Below, piece after piece: positions 1-13,555 of a stretch of DNA of 64,000 nt. Within the stretch, counting starts at the first letter, position 1. Every line of letters begins with the position of its first letter. The translations under genes were made by a program, and so were the position numbers. The DNA lies in assembly GCA_009103225.1 (NCBI GenBank), contig RHPI01001259.1:186001-250000 (forward strand), given 5' to 3'. A model generated the notes under the pieces. The model saw only the letters and a program-made list of their open reading frames with translations. It was not told where the DNA came from and searched no databases. This stretch comes from Chlorokybus atmophyticus. Taxonomy: Eukaryota; Plantae; Mesostigma and Chlorokybus algae.

Positions 1-490
1 TTGCAGTCACAGCACCTGCATGCCCGATTTTGGATTGCGACATAAACAGTTGCAGTCACACTCGTGACGCACAGCATGACTGGGGAGTTGCGGATTAAAT
101 GCTGCTGGAAACTAAGTTATGCTCTGTCGCACTCCTGGCTGCTGCTTGCTAACATTTGTAGCACCAGCTGTAATGCGCCGTTGTCTGCAACACGGCCTAG
201 CCATGAGTACAGGTGTGAGCGGCATTCCATGCGTCTGTCGATCAAACAGTCAGTCAGAAAAAACAAAGTACGGATGTTCTGTTTGGCATTAGCAGCGTGT
301 CTGTTTCTGTTGGGGTTGTGTGTGCATTCAGTTGCTGAAACGGGTAAATCTCATCTGGTTCTTGTAGACTTGTCAGCCTGCATTGTGTGTCGGGTCACAG
401 ACCTTGATCTGCACAGTTTGTTACGCTTTGGGCAATCATGTTGGTGCATTGTTATGGCAACACTTGTATGTTGACATGGCCGGCTAACAG

Positions 491-3400
491 GTGCTACAAG
501 CTTTGAATGCCAAGTTTGAAGCTGCCAAGAAGCAAATTGATGTAGAGCTGCAAGCCTTCTGTAAGGATGCTGCGGTTCAGATCAAGGACCATTCTGGTTC
601 CTCTAAAGGGCACCGGAGCGTGCGGGAGCTTGCTGACCGTTTGCTGCAAGTTGCACAAGCTAGCATTGTCACTCAGCCTGAAGAGTTCAAGACGCAGGTG
701 CGCTATCTGTGTATCGTTGCCTTGCTATCTTTGTACTGATGTACATCAAGATCAACAAGGCTGAGACATTTGCATCATGTTCTCAGGTGAAAGCCTTGGT
801 TCAAAACCTGGAAGATGAGCGCAAGAACGCTGAGCCTGGTCCGGGCCGACAGCTTGTCACCAAGTTGCTTTTTATCCTGACGCGCTGCTCCCGCTTAATT
901 CAGTACTCTTTCACTGATGCAGACAAAAAGTACTTGCATGGTTTGCAGAACGTGCGAGACGTAAAGCAGCATGCACTCGATCCTGTTGTCAGCAGCCCCG
1001 AGTCCGAAAGCAAGGCACACGCAGGGTCCATTCGGCCGAGGTCGGCAAATGGCGTGCATCGCATGGATGGCACTGTTGGCCTGCTTGGGTCAGTCATTTC
1101 TCGCATCAAGGGTTGGAGTCGCAAGATTGAAGAATCCAAGGCAAAGCAGCAGAAGGCACTGCCTGAAGCTGTGGCAGAGCACAAGCCGTTGCCTCTTTAT
1201 CGCGAGGAGTCCGCTCCAGCAGTGCCACGCGTAAAGCTGAATGGTAGATTATCCCCTTTGTCACGGACATGGCCAGATTCCAAAAGCGATGGGGCTTCTC
1301 CTTTGTCGCCATTGTCACCACTTTCACCTGCGACCTCACCAAGCCCTGCTGAGGGGAAGAGCTGGGCCAAGAAGGCGTGGGGACGGCTAACACACAGGTA
1401 AGCATAAGTGTATGTTGTGAACCGATGTGGTTGCCTGTCGGGTCCTTTTCAAGTATTCAAGTGAATGGCAAGATAACACATTGGTTGTTGGCAGTGCAAA
1501 AGGCACACCATTGACCTCACCTACCAGTGGAGTTACCAGCCCTGAATCGGTGAAGTCCTCGGTTCCAAACGAGTCTCCAAGAACTAAAGCTTCACGGCTA
1601 CCAAAGTTGGCCAAGTTCTTGAAGTCTCCTCGGTGGCGCAGCAAGAAAGAACGCAAGCCATCCGTCGACTTGCTGTGCCGCATCTGCGAGCAATCAGTCA
1701 GTTCAGACATCATGGCCGAGCACTCAGAGGTGTGCCTGCTGGCTGATCAATGTGACGACCACTCCCTGCCTGAAGACACCAGGCTGCTGGCAATGGCAGC
1801 TGCTATTGAAGAGCGCATGGCAGCTGTCGCTGCAAGCACGCGCTCTGCTTTGTCACCACAGTCAATGCGCAGCCCTAGTGCCGTGGTTGCGGACAAGGTG
1901 ATTGCAGACCATGTTTCACAGGTAAGCGCATGTCATGTGTGGTTGTGAGCTCGGCTACAACCTGTGGCTTGACTGACATGCTTGTTACAACAGTTACGGT
2001 ACCTCGCTATGTTGGCCCGATGTGCTGCGAATGTCAGTGCCGAAGCGCCAACCGCCATTGGTGAGCTCAAGCAGCTAGATGAAAGCTTGCAAAACCTCCT
2101 GGCTGGAGCAGAAGGCACGGACCTCGACATTGCTGTCACTGTGATGAGTCCCCGGATTGAGAAGTGCATCAGGTATCAGGCTTCTTGTGCATTTAGCTTG
2201 TTGCGATATGATACCCTTCGGTTTCAGATTCATTGCTTGGTTCGCACAAGACATTTTCAACAACTTGATGTTCACAACAGGGACAAGACGTGCCAATGCC
2301 GCCTAACCGTGGTAGTTCCTGATCGCAATGGCGTTGGTAGCACCACTGACAGCGTTGACCATGACTCCAGCAATGAGGACAACTGGAGTGTCAAAACAGC
2401 GTCACCTCCCCCATCAGCACGTGATCGCACTACAATTGACGATTTTGAGATCATCAAGCCCATCAGGTCTAACCTTGCACCAGTGTGTTTGGGTATATGA
2501 CACCATGTTGCGCAATAGCATTGACATAGTCAATGTGCTTACACAGCAAGGGTGCTTTTGGCCGCGTGTTGCTTGCACGGAAACGGACAACAGGAGATCT
2601 GTTTGCTATTAAGGTATGCATAAAGCTGCTGTTGTTGCTTTTTGCTGCTTTCCTGGCATGTTTTGTTGGAAACTGACACCAGTAGTCTTTGTTCAGGTTT
2701 TGCGCAAGGCTGATATGATACGGAAAAATGCCGTTGAGAGTGTTAACGTGGAACGCAGCATCTTGAGTTTGATTGCGTCACATAACTGTCATGTGGTAAG
2801 CTTGCCTGAGATGAGCTTCCAAGCCTTACAGCTGTTGTATCACTACAGCACGATGTGCGATGCCCTTGCTTTGCAGTTGCTGAAAGCTCAAGTATGCAGG
2901 TCAACTTTTATTACTCTTTCACAAGTAAAGACAACTTGTATCTGGTTATGGAGTATCTAAATGGCGGTGACTGTTTCTCCCTGCTTCAAGGCCTTGGTGC
3001 TCTTGAAGAGCCTGTTGCTAAGAGATATGTAGCTGAGACGGTAAGCCATTCTCGTAGACTAACCAAGGCATTGCATGTGCAACGCTGTGGTGTCTGAGGG
3101 TGATGCTGTGCCAGGTTTTGGCGCTAGAGTACTGCCATGGCAATGATATCATTCACCGTGATCTCAAACCCGACAACTTGTTAATATCCCAAGACGGTCA
3201 CATCAAGGTGAATAAACTGTCCACAAAGCTCGATTGCCACTATCACTTCCCAGACAGCTGGTTGTTGTCATTTTCTTTCCGGCAGCTTTTAGTGGCACCA
3301 TACATTGCTTGTGGTTCACCTGTTTTGGTGCGTTTAAGTTTGGTCCCATCGTTGTGACCATAACTGTTTGCGCAGTTGACGGACTTTGGGCTTTCAAGGG

Positions 3401-4957
3401 TGGGTCTCATCAATCGCACTGACGACTTCTCTAGTAGCAACGAGTACTCTATTCCAGAGACAGCAGTACCAGTTGAGTTCAAGGAGGAGGCAGACACGTT
3501 GAGCCGGCCGGGCGAAAAAAGCCGCAGCCTCAAGCTAAGGCATCGCAGCTGTGTTGGCACTCCTGATTATCTTGCGCCAGAGATATTGTTGGGAACTGGC
3601 CATGGTAAGGCAAATATTCCAAAAGTTGTTGGGCTGCGATGGTGCAATGTGCTGCGGTGTCACAAAACTGTGGATGACAGGTCCACAAGTTGATTGGTGG
3701 TCATTAGGTGCGATCCTATACGAGTTCATCACTGGAGTGCCCCCATTCAATGCTGAAAAACCAGAGGTACAATGAGCACTTGCACAATGAAGCCCTTAAA
3801 CTATTTTGTTCATCATTGTGTTGTTATTGACAATCTGCATGGCCAGGACATTTTCAACAATATTATGAATCGCACAATTGAGTGGCCAGCTGAAGAGTAC
3901 ATGTCGCCAGAGGCTCGGGACCTCATTGACAAGTGAGAATTTGCTACTCACTGCTCTGCTTCTTGGTGTATGCTAATGCACGTTGGCCAGGCTGTTGACT
4001 GTGGATCCCTCCAAGCGGCTGGGCAGCAAAGGAGCCGATGAGGTGTGCACATTGTTGAAAACTGTGAAAAACACATTTTTCCACTGTTTGGCTTCTCTCA
4101 GAGTGCTGTTGCTCGTGCGTGTACAGGTCAAAGCACATCCATTCTTTGCGGACATAAATTGGACGACATTGGCACAGGAGAAGGTGAGACTGCTGACTGA
4201 GCAACGCTGTTAACATGTGGCACATTTTGGCGTGCATGTTCCCTGGGAAGCCGTCTGTTGTGTGACCACCGTTTGTGTTCGGCAGGCCTTGTTTATACCT
4301 GCTGTATCTGATGCACATGATACAAGCTACTTCATGGCACGCGCCCCAGACAGCGCTGATGAGAACGTGTATGATGAACCCCACACACCGGGAAGTGACA
4401 GCTCGTCGGAGGACTTTGAAGGAGACAACGTGAGTACTTCTCTACGTACATAACACCCACAATCAAAACGTTTGTCGATGCAGCATGTTATTACCGTGGT
4501 TGTTGTACAACATGATTTTTGCCATGGCCTGCCTTAGACTGAACACAACTGCTTTCACAGTATGAGGACAACAGTGAGGCGCAGGCATCCCCTAATAGCG
4601 CATTCCAGAACTTCTCTTTCAAGGTACTGACACTTGTGCGCTGATGTGTGCTTATTGACTGAGATGAGCATGTACTCACAACATGTCCACATGATACAGA
4701 ACATAAAGCAGCTGGCGTCGTACAACATGGAGCTGTTGCGCAACACCATGGAGCAGCAGACAGTCTTGGAGGAGGCGGAGTTTTCGGGCACCGACGATGC
4801 CGAGGAGAGCGACAGTGGCAGCGGCCTCGCGGACGTGAGCAAGAATCTTGAAGGCCAGTTCACCACAACCAAGAAGCGCATCACGTGGGACGGCGGGTCC
4901 CAACCTCTTGTTGCCACGCCTGCGAGCACCGACAGCGGGGGAGATTCCCACTGCTGA
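491..4957 (+). CDS. IRE: IRE/IREH1-like (MAST/Greatwall/Rim15-related) AGC Ser/Thr kinase; multi-exon, 5' end lies upstream of the window
   Basis: Stitched exons give [19 protein letters not shown] (IRE N-terminal region) and a C2H2-like LCRICEQSV...HSEVC. The kinase core reads [14 protein letters not shown]|[22 protein letters not shown]|[50 protein letters not shown], an insert, then [13 protein letters not shown] and [12 protein letters not shown]. The AGC C-terminal tail is AFQNFSFK|[13 protein letters not shown] junctions keep frame; TGA at 4955-4957. Confidence 0.93.
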
Positions 4958-6540
4958 TTGATGCTGCACCAGCAATCCTCCTTGCGGGTGTGGTCTTGCA
5001 CTCTTGTATTATTTTGCTGCTGCATTGCTTCGCCCTCCCCAAGTGCACACACTGTCCACGTGCGCAGAGTTGTGTAGTACGCTTGAGGCAATTGTACTCT
5101 GCTCAGCCACTGTGTAATAGTAAAGAGCAATTGCCAAATTCGCAGGCTCGTTTATTGAAGTTTTGATGGCTGTTGTGCAGTGGCAGGCCGGCTGCTGTTG
5201 TCACAGCATGCTGTGTTGTGCAGTTGTATGTGCTCCTACATTGCTCAACGTGTTTGCCGTCATGGTGTACCGACAACCGCATACCACAACAGTGCCTTTG
5301 TCTCGCACAAGTGCTATGCACATGCTTGGTGCACACAAACCCCAATCATGCACTGCCCATGTGTAACCATACGGGTCTATCCCTCTACACTGAATCGCTG
5401 CCAGCCACAATGATATAGTGATGTGCACTATACTTACTCTGGCCCTTTAAGGAACCAGCGCGGAACACCGAGTGACTCAATGCAGTGTGATATGCACACG
5501 GCTGAGGCGCACAGCCTCCTTGATCAGCGTGATGCAGGCTGATATGATGTCGCATGATGCATGCGCTTGCATGCACTTCACTGCGGGTAAAGTCTCCAGT
5601 CTCCAGCAAGCAACTACGATTCTAATAGTGAACCTCGTTATGACTTTGCCATTGATACATCACAGCGAGTTTGCCACCAGTTGTGGTTTTGTTGTTCGGT
5701 CCGCATGACACCAACTTGGTCAACAACACCATCAGGTAGAATAGAGCGGGCCCCAGTAACATCGGCAGCACACCACACGCACCACACTACATCTCATTAC
5801 CCAAAGCACAAGCAACTAGCAATCAACCTAGCATGGGGGCTGTCTATGTGCAAGACGTAAGCAGAGCAGGCAGGAATGGGCGATAGCAAGAGGGGCGGTA
5901 CCTGCAGGGCAGCACAGCATGTCTTAATGCGACGTTGGCAGTGTCCAACATGCAGAGCCCATAGTGCTACACGCATATCAACCCAACACAAGCCACTTAC
6001 ACCAGCTCATATCCACCATCCCACCATCGAAGCTCGCATCGCCAAACTGTGCAGGCCAGCACGCGCACGCGGCCATAATCGCCCTCACTTTGGACACACT
6101 GCGACGCACAAGCGATCCAATGCATGTACATGGACATGAAGCCCGACATGCGGCTTGCAGGCAATCGATGATCAGCTTGTAAAGGCACCCACAAAAGCCA
6201 AAGGTGTCGGCCACTAGTAATATGAAATTTTTGCCATATTACCTGGTGACATATCCATGAACGCATGCGCAGAGTCGACCACCATATACATTCGTGAACG
6301 ATACACACGCACTTAGCAGCCACACAACACCAAGATAAAGGCGGTAGTCAGTCAAGGCGGTGCACAACACAGTACAGCACAGCAGCATCCATGCTGGGAC
6401 ACAGCTGCTGTTGCACTCCCCGTGGAACCCGCCCTTGACTTCGACTGTTGCGTGTGCTTGTGTGAACCTAATTCCTCACCGCTCATGCTGTGACGAACAC
6501 ATCAAAGCTGCAACACATACAAACACATTGAGGGGAAAGC

Positions 6541-6590
6541 AACCAACCAACCAACCAACAAACAAACCAACAAACAAACAAACAAACAAA
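6541..6590. repeat. (CCAA)/(CAAA) tetranucleotide microsatellite
   Basis: aaccaaccaaccaaccaacaaacaaaccaacaaacaaacaaacaaacaaa upstream of PPD2. Confidence 0.9.
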
Positions 6591-6785
6591 CAGGCAGATA
6601 GACAAACAGTCAGACTACGCACTGGCTGGCAGCCTCGGATGGCGCATGCATGCATGCATGTAAGCATGCTACTACTTGTGTGCACCCTGCGCACACGAGC
6701 AGGCCTAGCCTGGCCTGGGTGGGATGGATATCCAGTTCATCGCCGCCGGAGCCGCTACAGTGTAGCGGCTACACGCTCACACAAT

Positions 6786-8497
6786 ATGCCAACAACAGCC
6801 ATGTCTACATCCATCATGTCGTCGTCGGCGGCGGCGGTGGTGGTGGTAGGGTCGTGGAGGTGCGGGCCACTAGCGCTGTCGCCGCTGCCGCCGAGGCCAA
6901 GGAGGACACAAAGCCGGCAGGCGCTTCAAGCCAGCAGCAGCAAGCGCCAGGCGGCGGTGTGCGTGCTGCAAAACTCCAAGGACAAGCACGAGGAGGAGGA
7001 CGTTGCCAGCGGTGCCATCAGCAGGCGCCAGGCGGCAGTGACACTCGCCGCCGCCGCTGCTGCGCTGGCCACAGGGACGCCCTCGTCTCAGCCATACGCC
7101 CTAGCAGAAGGTGAGAAGCCAAGTCCTAGACGTATATATATTAGTAGTTAGTGCTATGTTGTCTCTTACCCAAGCGGGGAGGTGAGAAGCAATAGATAGC
7201 GCGCGCAACTGTTCACTCGACTAGTTTTACTCAACTGGATGGTTCATACTGAAGCAGTGTTGGGCTTTCTCTTTGGCGTGGGTTGTGAGACAAACGGGAT
7301 GTGTAAAGCATGGTAATGATGAAAATTATCCCCCGACATGCGCACATAGAAACTCACAAACTCGCAAACTTCCCAATCTCTGCTTGCCTTGACTTGTGGT
7401 ATCACTCGTGCAATGGCTTGGTATTGTGTGCTGTCTAACAGCTCAGTTGATAGGAGAGACGTATTGATAGAGACATTGCTGTGTGCGAACAGGTGAGATC
7501 ACAGCGCAGGTGGAGGATGCCTTGGCAGAGTACACGGACGCGCAGCTCGGGTTCAGCGTGCGGTACCCGTCCAGCTGGGAGAAGAAGGACAAGGCGGGAG
7601 CCAACGTGCTGTTCGTCGACCCCGCAGCAAAGTCAAACACCATCGGGGTGGTCGTCAACCCGGTGAGCGCTTGCTTGCGTGCCATGCGTGCATTGAGCGC
7701 ATGTGCGTGGTCAGGTTTGTGTGCACGCGGCTGCACATGCACGCACGTGTCTCTGTCTGTGCGTGCGTGCTTGCGTGCGTGCCTGACTGCTCACACGCGC
7801 ATGTCTGCATGTCTGTGCACATACAAGCGTACATGTGCGTGGGTGCATGTGTGCACGCGCGGGCGCGCGTGTGTGCAAAAGTTTGCATGGAGTAGTAGGC
7901 ATGTATACACATGTGAAAGGGCAGAGGGGCCTGTGTCCCTTCATGTATTTGCGTGCTTGCCTTAATGTGCATGACACAAATTGGCGTTGCTGTGAATTCA
8001 TAATAGCCATTGCACTCTTATAAGTCCAACTTATCGTGTTGCGACTTTGGCCCTGCAGGTAGTGATACGCAGCTTGGATGAGTTTGGGAGCGTTGATGAT
8101 GTGGCAGACAAGCTACTTGCTGCTGAGCGCAGAAAGGCAAGTCCAACCACTCACGCCATTATCAGCATACCCACATTTACACCCATATGCGTGTGTGATT
8201 AACCCACATACACATACCCACATACTCTCACACTGCAGGAGAGCACAAGGGAGGCCACCATGCTGCGTGTGCTAGAAAAGGCGCAGCCGAGTGGCGGCCC
8301 GAAGCAGTACCTGTACGAGTACTTTATGGACACGACCCGCGGCATGAAGAACACGCTGACCGCCGTGACCATCGCGAACAAGAAGTTGTATATCCTCAAT
8401 GTTGTGTACGCCGTCAAGGCCAAGGTCCCGCCCGCGGCGGATAACCTTGGCAGGCAACTAGAGAAGGTGTTGAATTCTCTTGAGGTTCGGACATAAT
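6786..8497 (+). CDS. PPD2: PsbP domain-containing protein 2 (thylakoid lumen); 4 exons (6786-7110, 7493-7662, 8059-8136, 8239-8497)
   Basis: A Ser/Ala-rich transit peptide with a twin-Arg motif (ISRRQAAVTLAAAAAAL) is followed by YTDAQLGFSVRYPSSWEKKDKAGANVLF, IGVVVNP|VVIRSLDEFGSVDDVADKLLAAERRK|ESTREA and YEYFMDTTRGMKNTLTAVTIANKKLYILNVVY. This matches the plant PPD2 pattern (AEKRKESTKEA, YEFEYKIDSTRG). Intron 3 has a GC donor (AAG|GCAAGT at 8137). Stop is TAA. Confidence 0.88.
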
Positions 8498-8869
8498 GCG
8501 CTTGCAGCTTGTTCATGTTCATGCTTTTGGTTTGCAAAACATGTACTACATTCATTCATAAACACCCCCCCACCCCCCCGTGCGCGCGCGTGACGTTTAC
8601 AATAACTTCATCAAGAGAGTGGGTGTGGCTTGCATAACAACTACCCATCGGTTTGAAAACACGCTACTTGATACTATTGAATGTGGGGCTCATGCGTGCA
8701 TGAGCTCCACAGTGACAGTGACACAGGGACTTGTGTCTCGACAACTTGAAAAACAAATTGCCAACACGATTGTATCAAATGCATTAGCAATTGTTGATCG
8801 GTTGAACCTTCTGCGTGCATGGACCTTGTTGTTTACTACGGGCAATAGTCGTTCTGTCTATTGACAACT

Positions 8870-11340
8870 TGTGTATGTGTGCACGCATGGTGTGACAAAA
8901 GTGTTGAAAACTTTTCAAGTAACGCAATACACGCGCTTTAATCAACCAAGTTTCCACACATATGTTGTGCTTTTATAATTGGAAGTAACACTATACAAAC
9001 ACATACTTTGTTTCAAATTGCATCACACGTAGTATTCCTTCAATGCCGTAATAGTCGTAATTACAAAAACTTCATTATCTACAAGGTATTAACACCTTAG
9101 ACTCTTAAGCTCTTAAGTTATGATTATAATGATTAATTCGTTTTGATAATAAGCATTTGGTGTTAAAAATAATTTAACCCTTTTTAACGGGCACATAACT
9201 TGGCAATATTAATCAGTTAAGATATGTTAACCGAATTCAGCGCACTCGGTTGTCAACGGGTATTGCAATACACGAGGATGGTGCACATCATTACATTGCT
9301 CTTTGTTGACGAGTATGGCAGTCAAGGCTACACCGGCTACGTAAGATACGCTACGTAGGAATTTCTACATATTGGATATGCCATTAAAGCATTATCATCA
9401 TAATTGGTGCAACTCCTTGAACATCCTCATCTTAATTATATTGCTCGGCAGGTCATTTTGACCGAATTGGGTGAATCCAAGTATAATATGAAATTTGGTT
9501 AAGCATATGTTAACCAAATAGGTAAACCTCGTGCACACGCCACTGCATGGACTATGCAGTTGCGCGAGCATTGTGTGCTTAACCACATTATACTATAATA
9601 AGTGTAATATTGCACATGTCTCAAATTATGCCATGTAACAACCGTGTTAGCTGCATTGTCAAGCTTAATGTTATATGTCGTATATAACATGCATGATGCA
9701 GGGTACCCGGTGCAGCAATAACAATTGGCAATCGGTAATGCAAATTGTATCATGCATATGTAATCTGTTTCGATTTGCACCTCTTGCGTCAGCAAATGTA
9801 AGCTGTAAAGGCTATTGAACAATTTGCGATCGTCATCAAAAATAATGTCCTCGGATGTGTTGCTGCCCCTCTCTAGCGATTTTTTGTACCATGTCTTCCA
9901 CCGCTTCCTTGTCAATATGTACCTTATAGTCATTGCCAATAACAACGACATGGACATTAACACGTTGACACGCGGCATGTGCCTGCAAGTAGAATGACAA
10001 TATTGTAATCTTGACACGCTTGAGGCTGCAGCAGCGAGTTGCACCGCAAAGTCTGTGAAATGCATTCACACCTTCTTTCATATGTACGCGAAGAATTGGA
10101 GCGCATAAGAGGTGGAAGAGAAAACTTGATTTTTGCTACCTTTGAGACCCGTGCAACTGACAAATGCTTGCATGGTTCCGCTTGAACTATGCATGGCATG
10201 CGGAATCAGCAATTGATTCATGCTGAATGCAGCATGGTGGAACAAGCACTAAATAAGTGCTACAAGTTTGTAGCAGCTGTCGTAATAGCCTTTAAGATGT
10301 TGCATCTCATGTACGGCTGCTACCTTGGTGAGCTCATCAAAGCGGCGCAATGGCTTCCAATACAGACCTTCTCGAAATGCTTGTTTTTGATGCACATGTA
10401 CTGCCGTAACTGCTCGTCCGCTATCAATGTCAACCGCAAGTTGAAGCCATCCTACCAAGTTGGTTGGTAAAAAGCTTCTTACTTAGGGTTTTGCTGTGCA
10501 TGCGCACGTGTATATTTAGTGCCTTCCATGGTTGTTGAATTTCAATTGCATGATTGAGAATGCACACAACTTGCTTGCAGCTAACACAAGTATGAGATGC
10601 TCCGTTTTGCTTCCTCACTTCTCGAGGCTCCTAACCATTAAGCATTTTGTTGAATGTCATTTTTATGCGTCATTGTCATCAAAAGCGTCGTCATTGTCAA
10701 TACTACCAAATGTATGGACAACGGTTGCATATCGCAACAAAGCAAGTCCAATTATACACTTTATTTATTACCACGTACTTTAAGCAAAAATGTTTAGCTT
10801 GGAGGTTGTTGGTGATAACTTTAAGTGACAAGAGGTGTTATAACACGATTATGCTGTCATATATTATACGCTTTATCATTGATGCATGCAAAGAAGTTAA
10901 ACGCGTCACGGACTCGTACGATATGATTCTGCAGCGTTATATAGCATACGGTGCAACACATTTATACGTAGCTACGTGTAAGTCACACATCATCTTCAAC
11001 TTGCAGCATACAACTAATGTCATCTACAAGTGATCTCCGTTGCAAGTCACTACCGTCCGTTTTAGTGCTTTGAGGCTAGGCATGCGAGCGTGCAAATGGT
11101 CTTCAAAAGCAGCATCGTTATTAAACCAACCAACAAATGATATGAAGACCTTTAACGCAATATTGTCATACTTATCACAGTTTTTGTACTTGGAGAATGC
11201 CCCCCTCCCTTTTATGACTATGATGCATGAAATCGCATGAGTTATAACAATGATCCCTTGTAGGGGTCGATATTTTTAGGGAGAGAGTAAGTACGATAGC
11301 ACTGCTACTGTAGCAGTGCAATTCCGTACGTGACGGAATC
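8870..11340. other. AT-rich island with decayed, unidentifiable reading frames
   Basis: Visibly more AT-rich than the flanking genes and lacks the CA/TG intron texture. Protein-like stretches are broken by stops on both strands, e.g. + strand LLFVDEYGSQG...LVQLLEHPHLNYIARQVILTELGESKY at about 9.3-9.5 kb and - strand VHVVVIGNDYKVHIDKEAVEDMVQKIAREG at about 9.87-9.96 kb. Confidence 0.45.
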
Positions 11341-11726
11341 CGGTTGTCATTCCGTAGCGTGTTTTTATTCCAATCGCAAGAGTCGTCGCGATTTCTGCTC
11401 CTGCTGGTCGGACGGCTAGTAGCTATTCCCGCCTCGATTCCCTCCGTCGCCCCGCAGCCAATCAGCGCACGGGACCTACCGCTGGTTCTCCCCCGTCCGA
11501 TGACCGCCACGTCGCAGACTCACCCGCCCATCCGACGACGGAGACGAGACTCTCAATGCCCTGTGCTCTTTGTGGATAAGCACGGCCTAGCCTGGCATAG
11601 GCGGTGGCGGCGGCGAAGGAGAAGGAGGAGGACGAGGTTGAGAAGGAGGAGCAGCAGCAGGAGGAGGACAAAGAGGTAGTGGTGGGAAGAGAAGGTGGGT
11701 TAGGTGAAAGAAGGAGTGTTTGCGAA

Positions 11727-13325
11727 ATGGAGGCGGCGGTGCTGGGTAGGGGAGTGCAATGCGGCGTAGTGGAGGCTGCTGCTATTGCCGCTGCAGCGCC
11801 GGCGAGGGTGTCCTCTGTAAGGGCGCTGTCGTCGTCAGAGGCGTCGTTGTCTAGCAGACGTGCTGCTTGCTTCCGCGCTTCGTCGGCCTTGCCGTCGCCG
11901 GCGAGGCTGGCAGCTGGCACCAGGAGAGGAGGCGCCCGCAGACAGGGTGTCACCCTCGCCACCGTTGCCGCCGCGGAGAGCACCGTTGAGGCTGCTCCTG
12001 CCACCACCCCTGCAGAGGACGACAATGCACCCACCGCAGCGGAGCTGGAATGCCCAGTGCCACTGGTACATACCTTGCAAGCCTGCACAGCATGGCCACA
12101 CCTGCATTGGCATGTACACATTGTTCTGGTGTTAACATTGCTGCTTGCTGCATTGACAGTTGACTTGCTTGTCATTACCTCTCTCTCATCCCCACACACA
12201 CTCCCGCTTTCGTTTATGGTATGTGTGTCTGTGGCATGCATGCGTGCAGCACTCCTTCAGCTTGATACATACGCGTGGTTGTACACCAGTCAAACACTAC
12301 GATCACATGCACCAATGCACAGCGCGCACAGCGCATGCAGCATCCAACTCACTAATGCACCTGTCTCATGGCATAGCAATGTCAACAGCAGCAGTCTTGG
12401 CTGTTGTTTGATGTTGTGTCCCCTTCCTCAGGAGTCTGAAGCTGGCGTGTCGTACGAGAAGCTTCGTCGCCACCTTGCGCGGGGTGAGTGGGAGTTGGCT
12501 GACGAGGAGACGCGCATGACACTCTGCAGACTCGCGGGTGACGGTGCCGCCGCTCGCAAGTGGGTTTACTTCTCAGAAGTGCAGTTCATCACCGCGACTG
12601 ACTTGAAGACTATTGATGCGCTGTGGAGACACTTTTCCAATGAGAAGTTCGGGTAGGATGAATGCGAGTGGGGTTACCAGCGGATGTTTGTGCACAAAGA
12701 CGCATGTGCGATCTCACTAACATCTCTCTTTGGTTTCTAGTATCGTATACACAGAACATGAACATCCGCAAGGCTGTGTGCTGTTGTGTCGACACAACAT
12801 TGACACGCATTCACGTCAATGTATATATGCGCGTGTTGATGCTGTGTGGACACAACATCAACACGCGTACACACCAACTCGTTGCTAACACAGTAACAAC
12901 ATGCATGTAAAATGTACTCGTGCCAATTTTTCAATAACAATATCTCTTGCTAACAGTTGAATGCAACTGTCTCCTCGCGTCATCCGATTTGTTCATACTG
13001 ACATTGCTATCCGGATGTGTGCAGTTTCAGCGTGCAGAAGAAGATTTGGGTCCGCTGCGGCCGCGACTGGGGTGAGTTCTTCCAGAAGTTGGATTGGACT
13101 ACCGTGAAGAACCGTTCCTATCGCAAGTTCCCTCAGGACTACATTTGGGACTTGGAGACTGCTGCTGTTGGCCACCTCCCTCTCACCAACGCATTGCGCG
13201 GCACGCAGCTGTTGGAGGCACTATTCAAACATCCAGCTTTTGATAAGGATGTAAAGGAGACAAGTGCCAAGGATGCTATTACTGCGCCTGTCAACACCTT
13301 CTCCAGGTTTACTAACAGTCAATGA
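11727..13325 (+). CDS. GUN4: GUN4, porphyrin-binding Mg-chelatase activator; 3 exons (11727-12065, 12432-12652, 13025-13325)
   Basis: After a transit peptide: VPL|ESEAGVSYEKLRRHLARGEWELADEETR, RKWVYFSEVQFI, DLKTIDALWRHFSNEKFG|FSVQKKIW, YRKFPQDYIW and GHLPLTNALRGTQLLEALFKHPAF. These are diagnostic GUN4 motifs. Stop is TGA. Confidence 0.95.
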
Positions 13326-13555
13326 GAGCAGCTCTTTTTGCAAGAGCTGTAGATACTCTACAACACCACACTAGCCCTTGTTTTTTTTGGTGTGTGTGTG
13401 TGTGTTTGGTATGTATAGGGTTGGGTTAGGGCTCTGAGTGTTCTGAGACCACATATCTCACCAGGCTGGTTAGGTTGATGGAGGTGAAGACAGCAAAGCT
13501 GCTTGCGAGTATATAGTACAATTGAGTGTTTATGAAATTGGCTCTGCGCTGCGCA

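Noticed and set aside
5997-6323. SEGDYGRV, resembling a kinase glycine loop, on the minus strand between IRE and PPD2
   Set aside because: No downstream VAIK, HRD or DFG motifs in a consistent frame or exon structure; likely chance.
11604-11726. Acidic N-terminal extension of GUN4 in the ORF track
   Set aside because: It starts at GTG, not ATG, and would precede a normal transit peptide. It is probably a GAG-rich 5' UTR.
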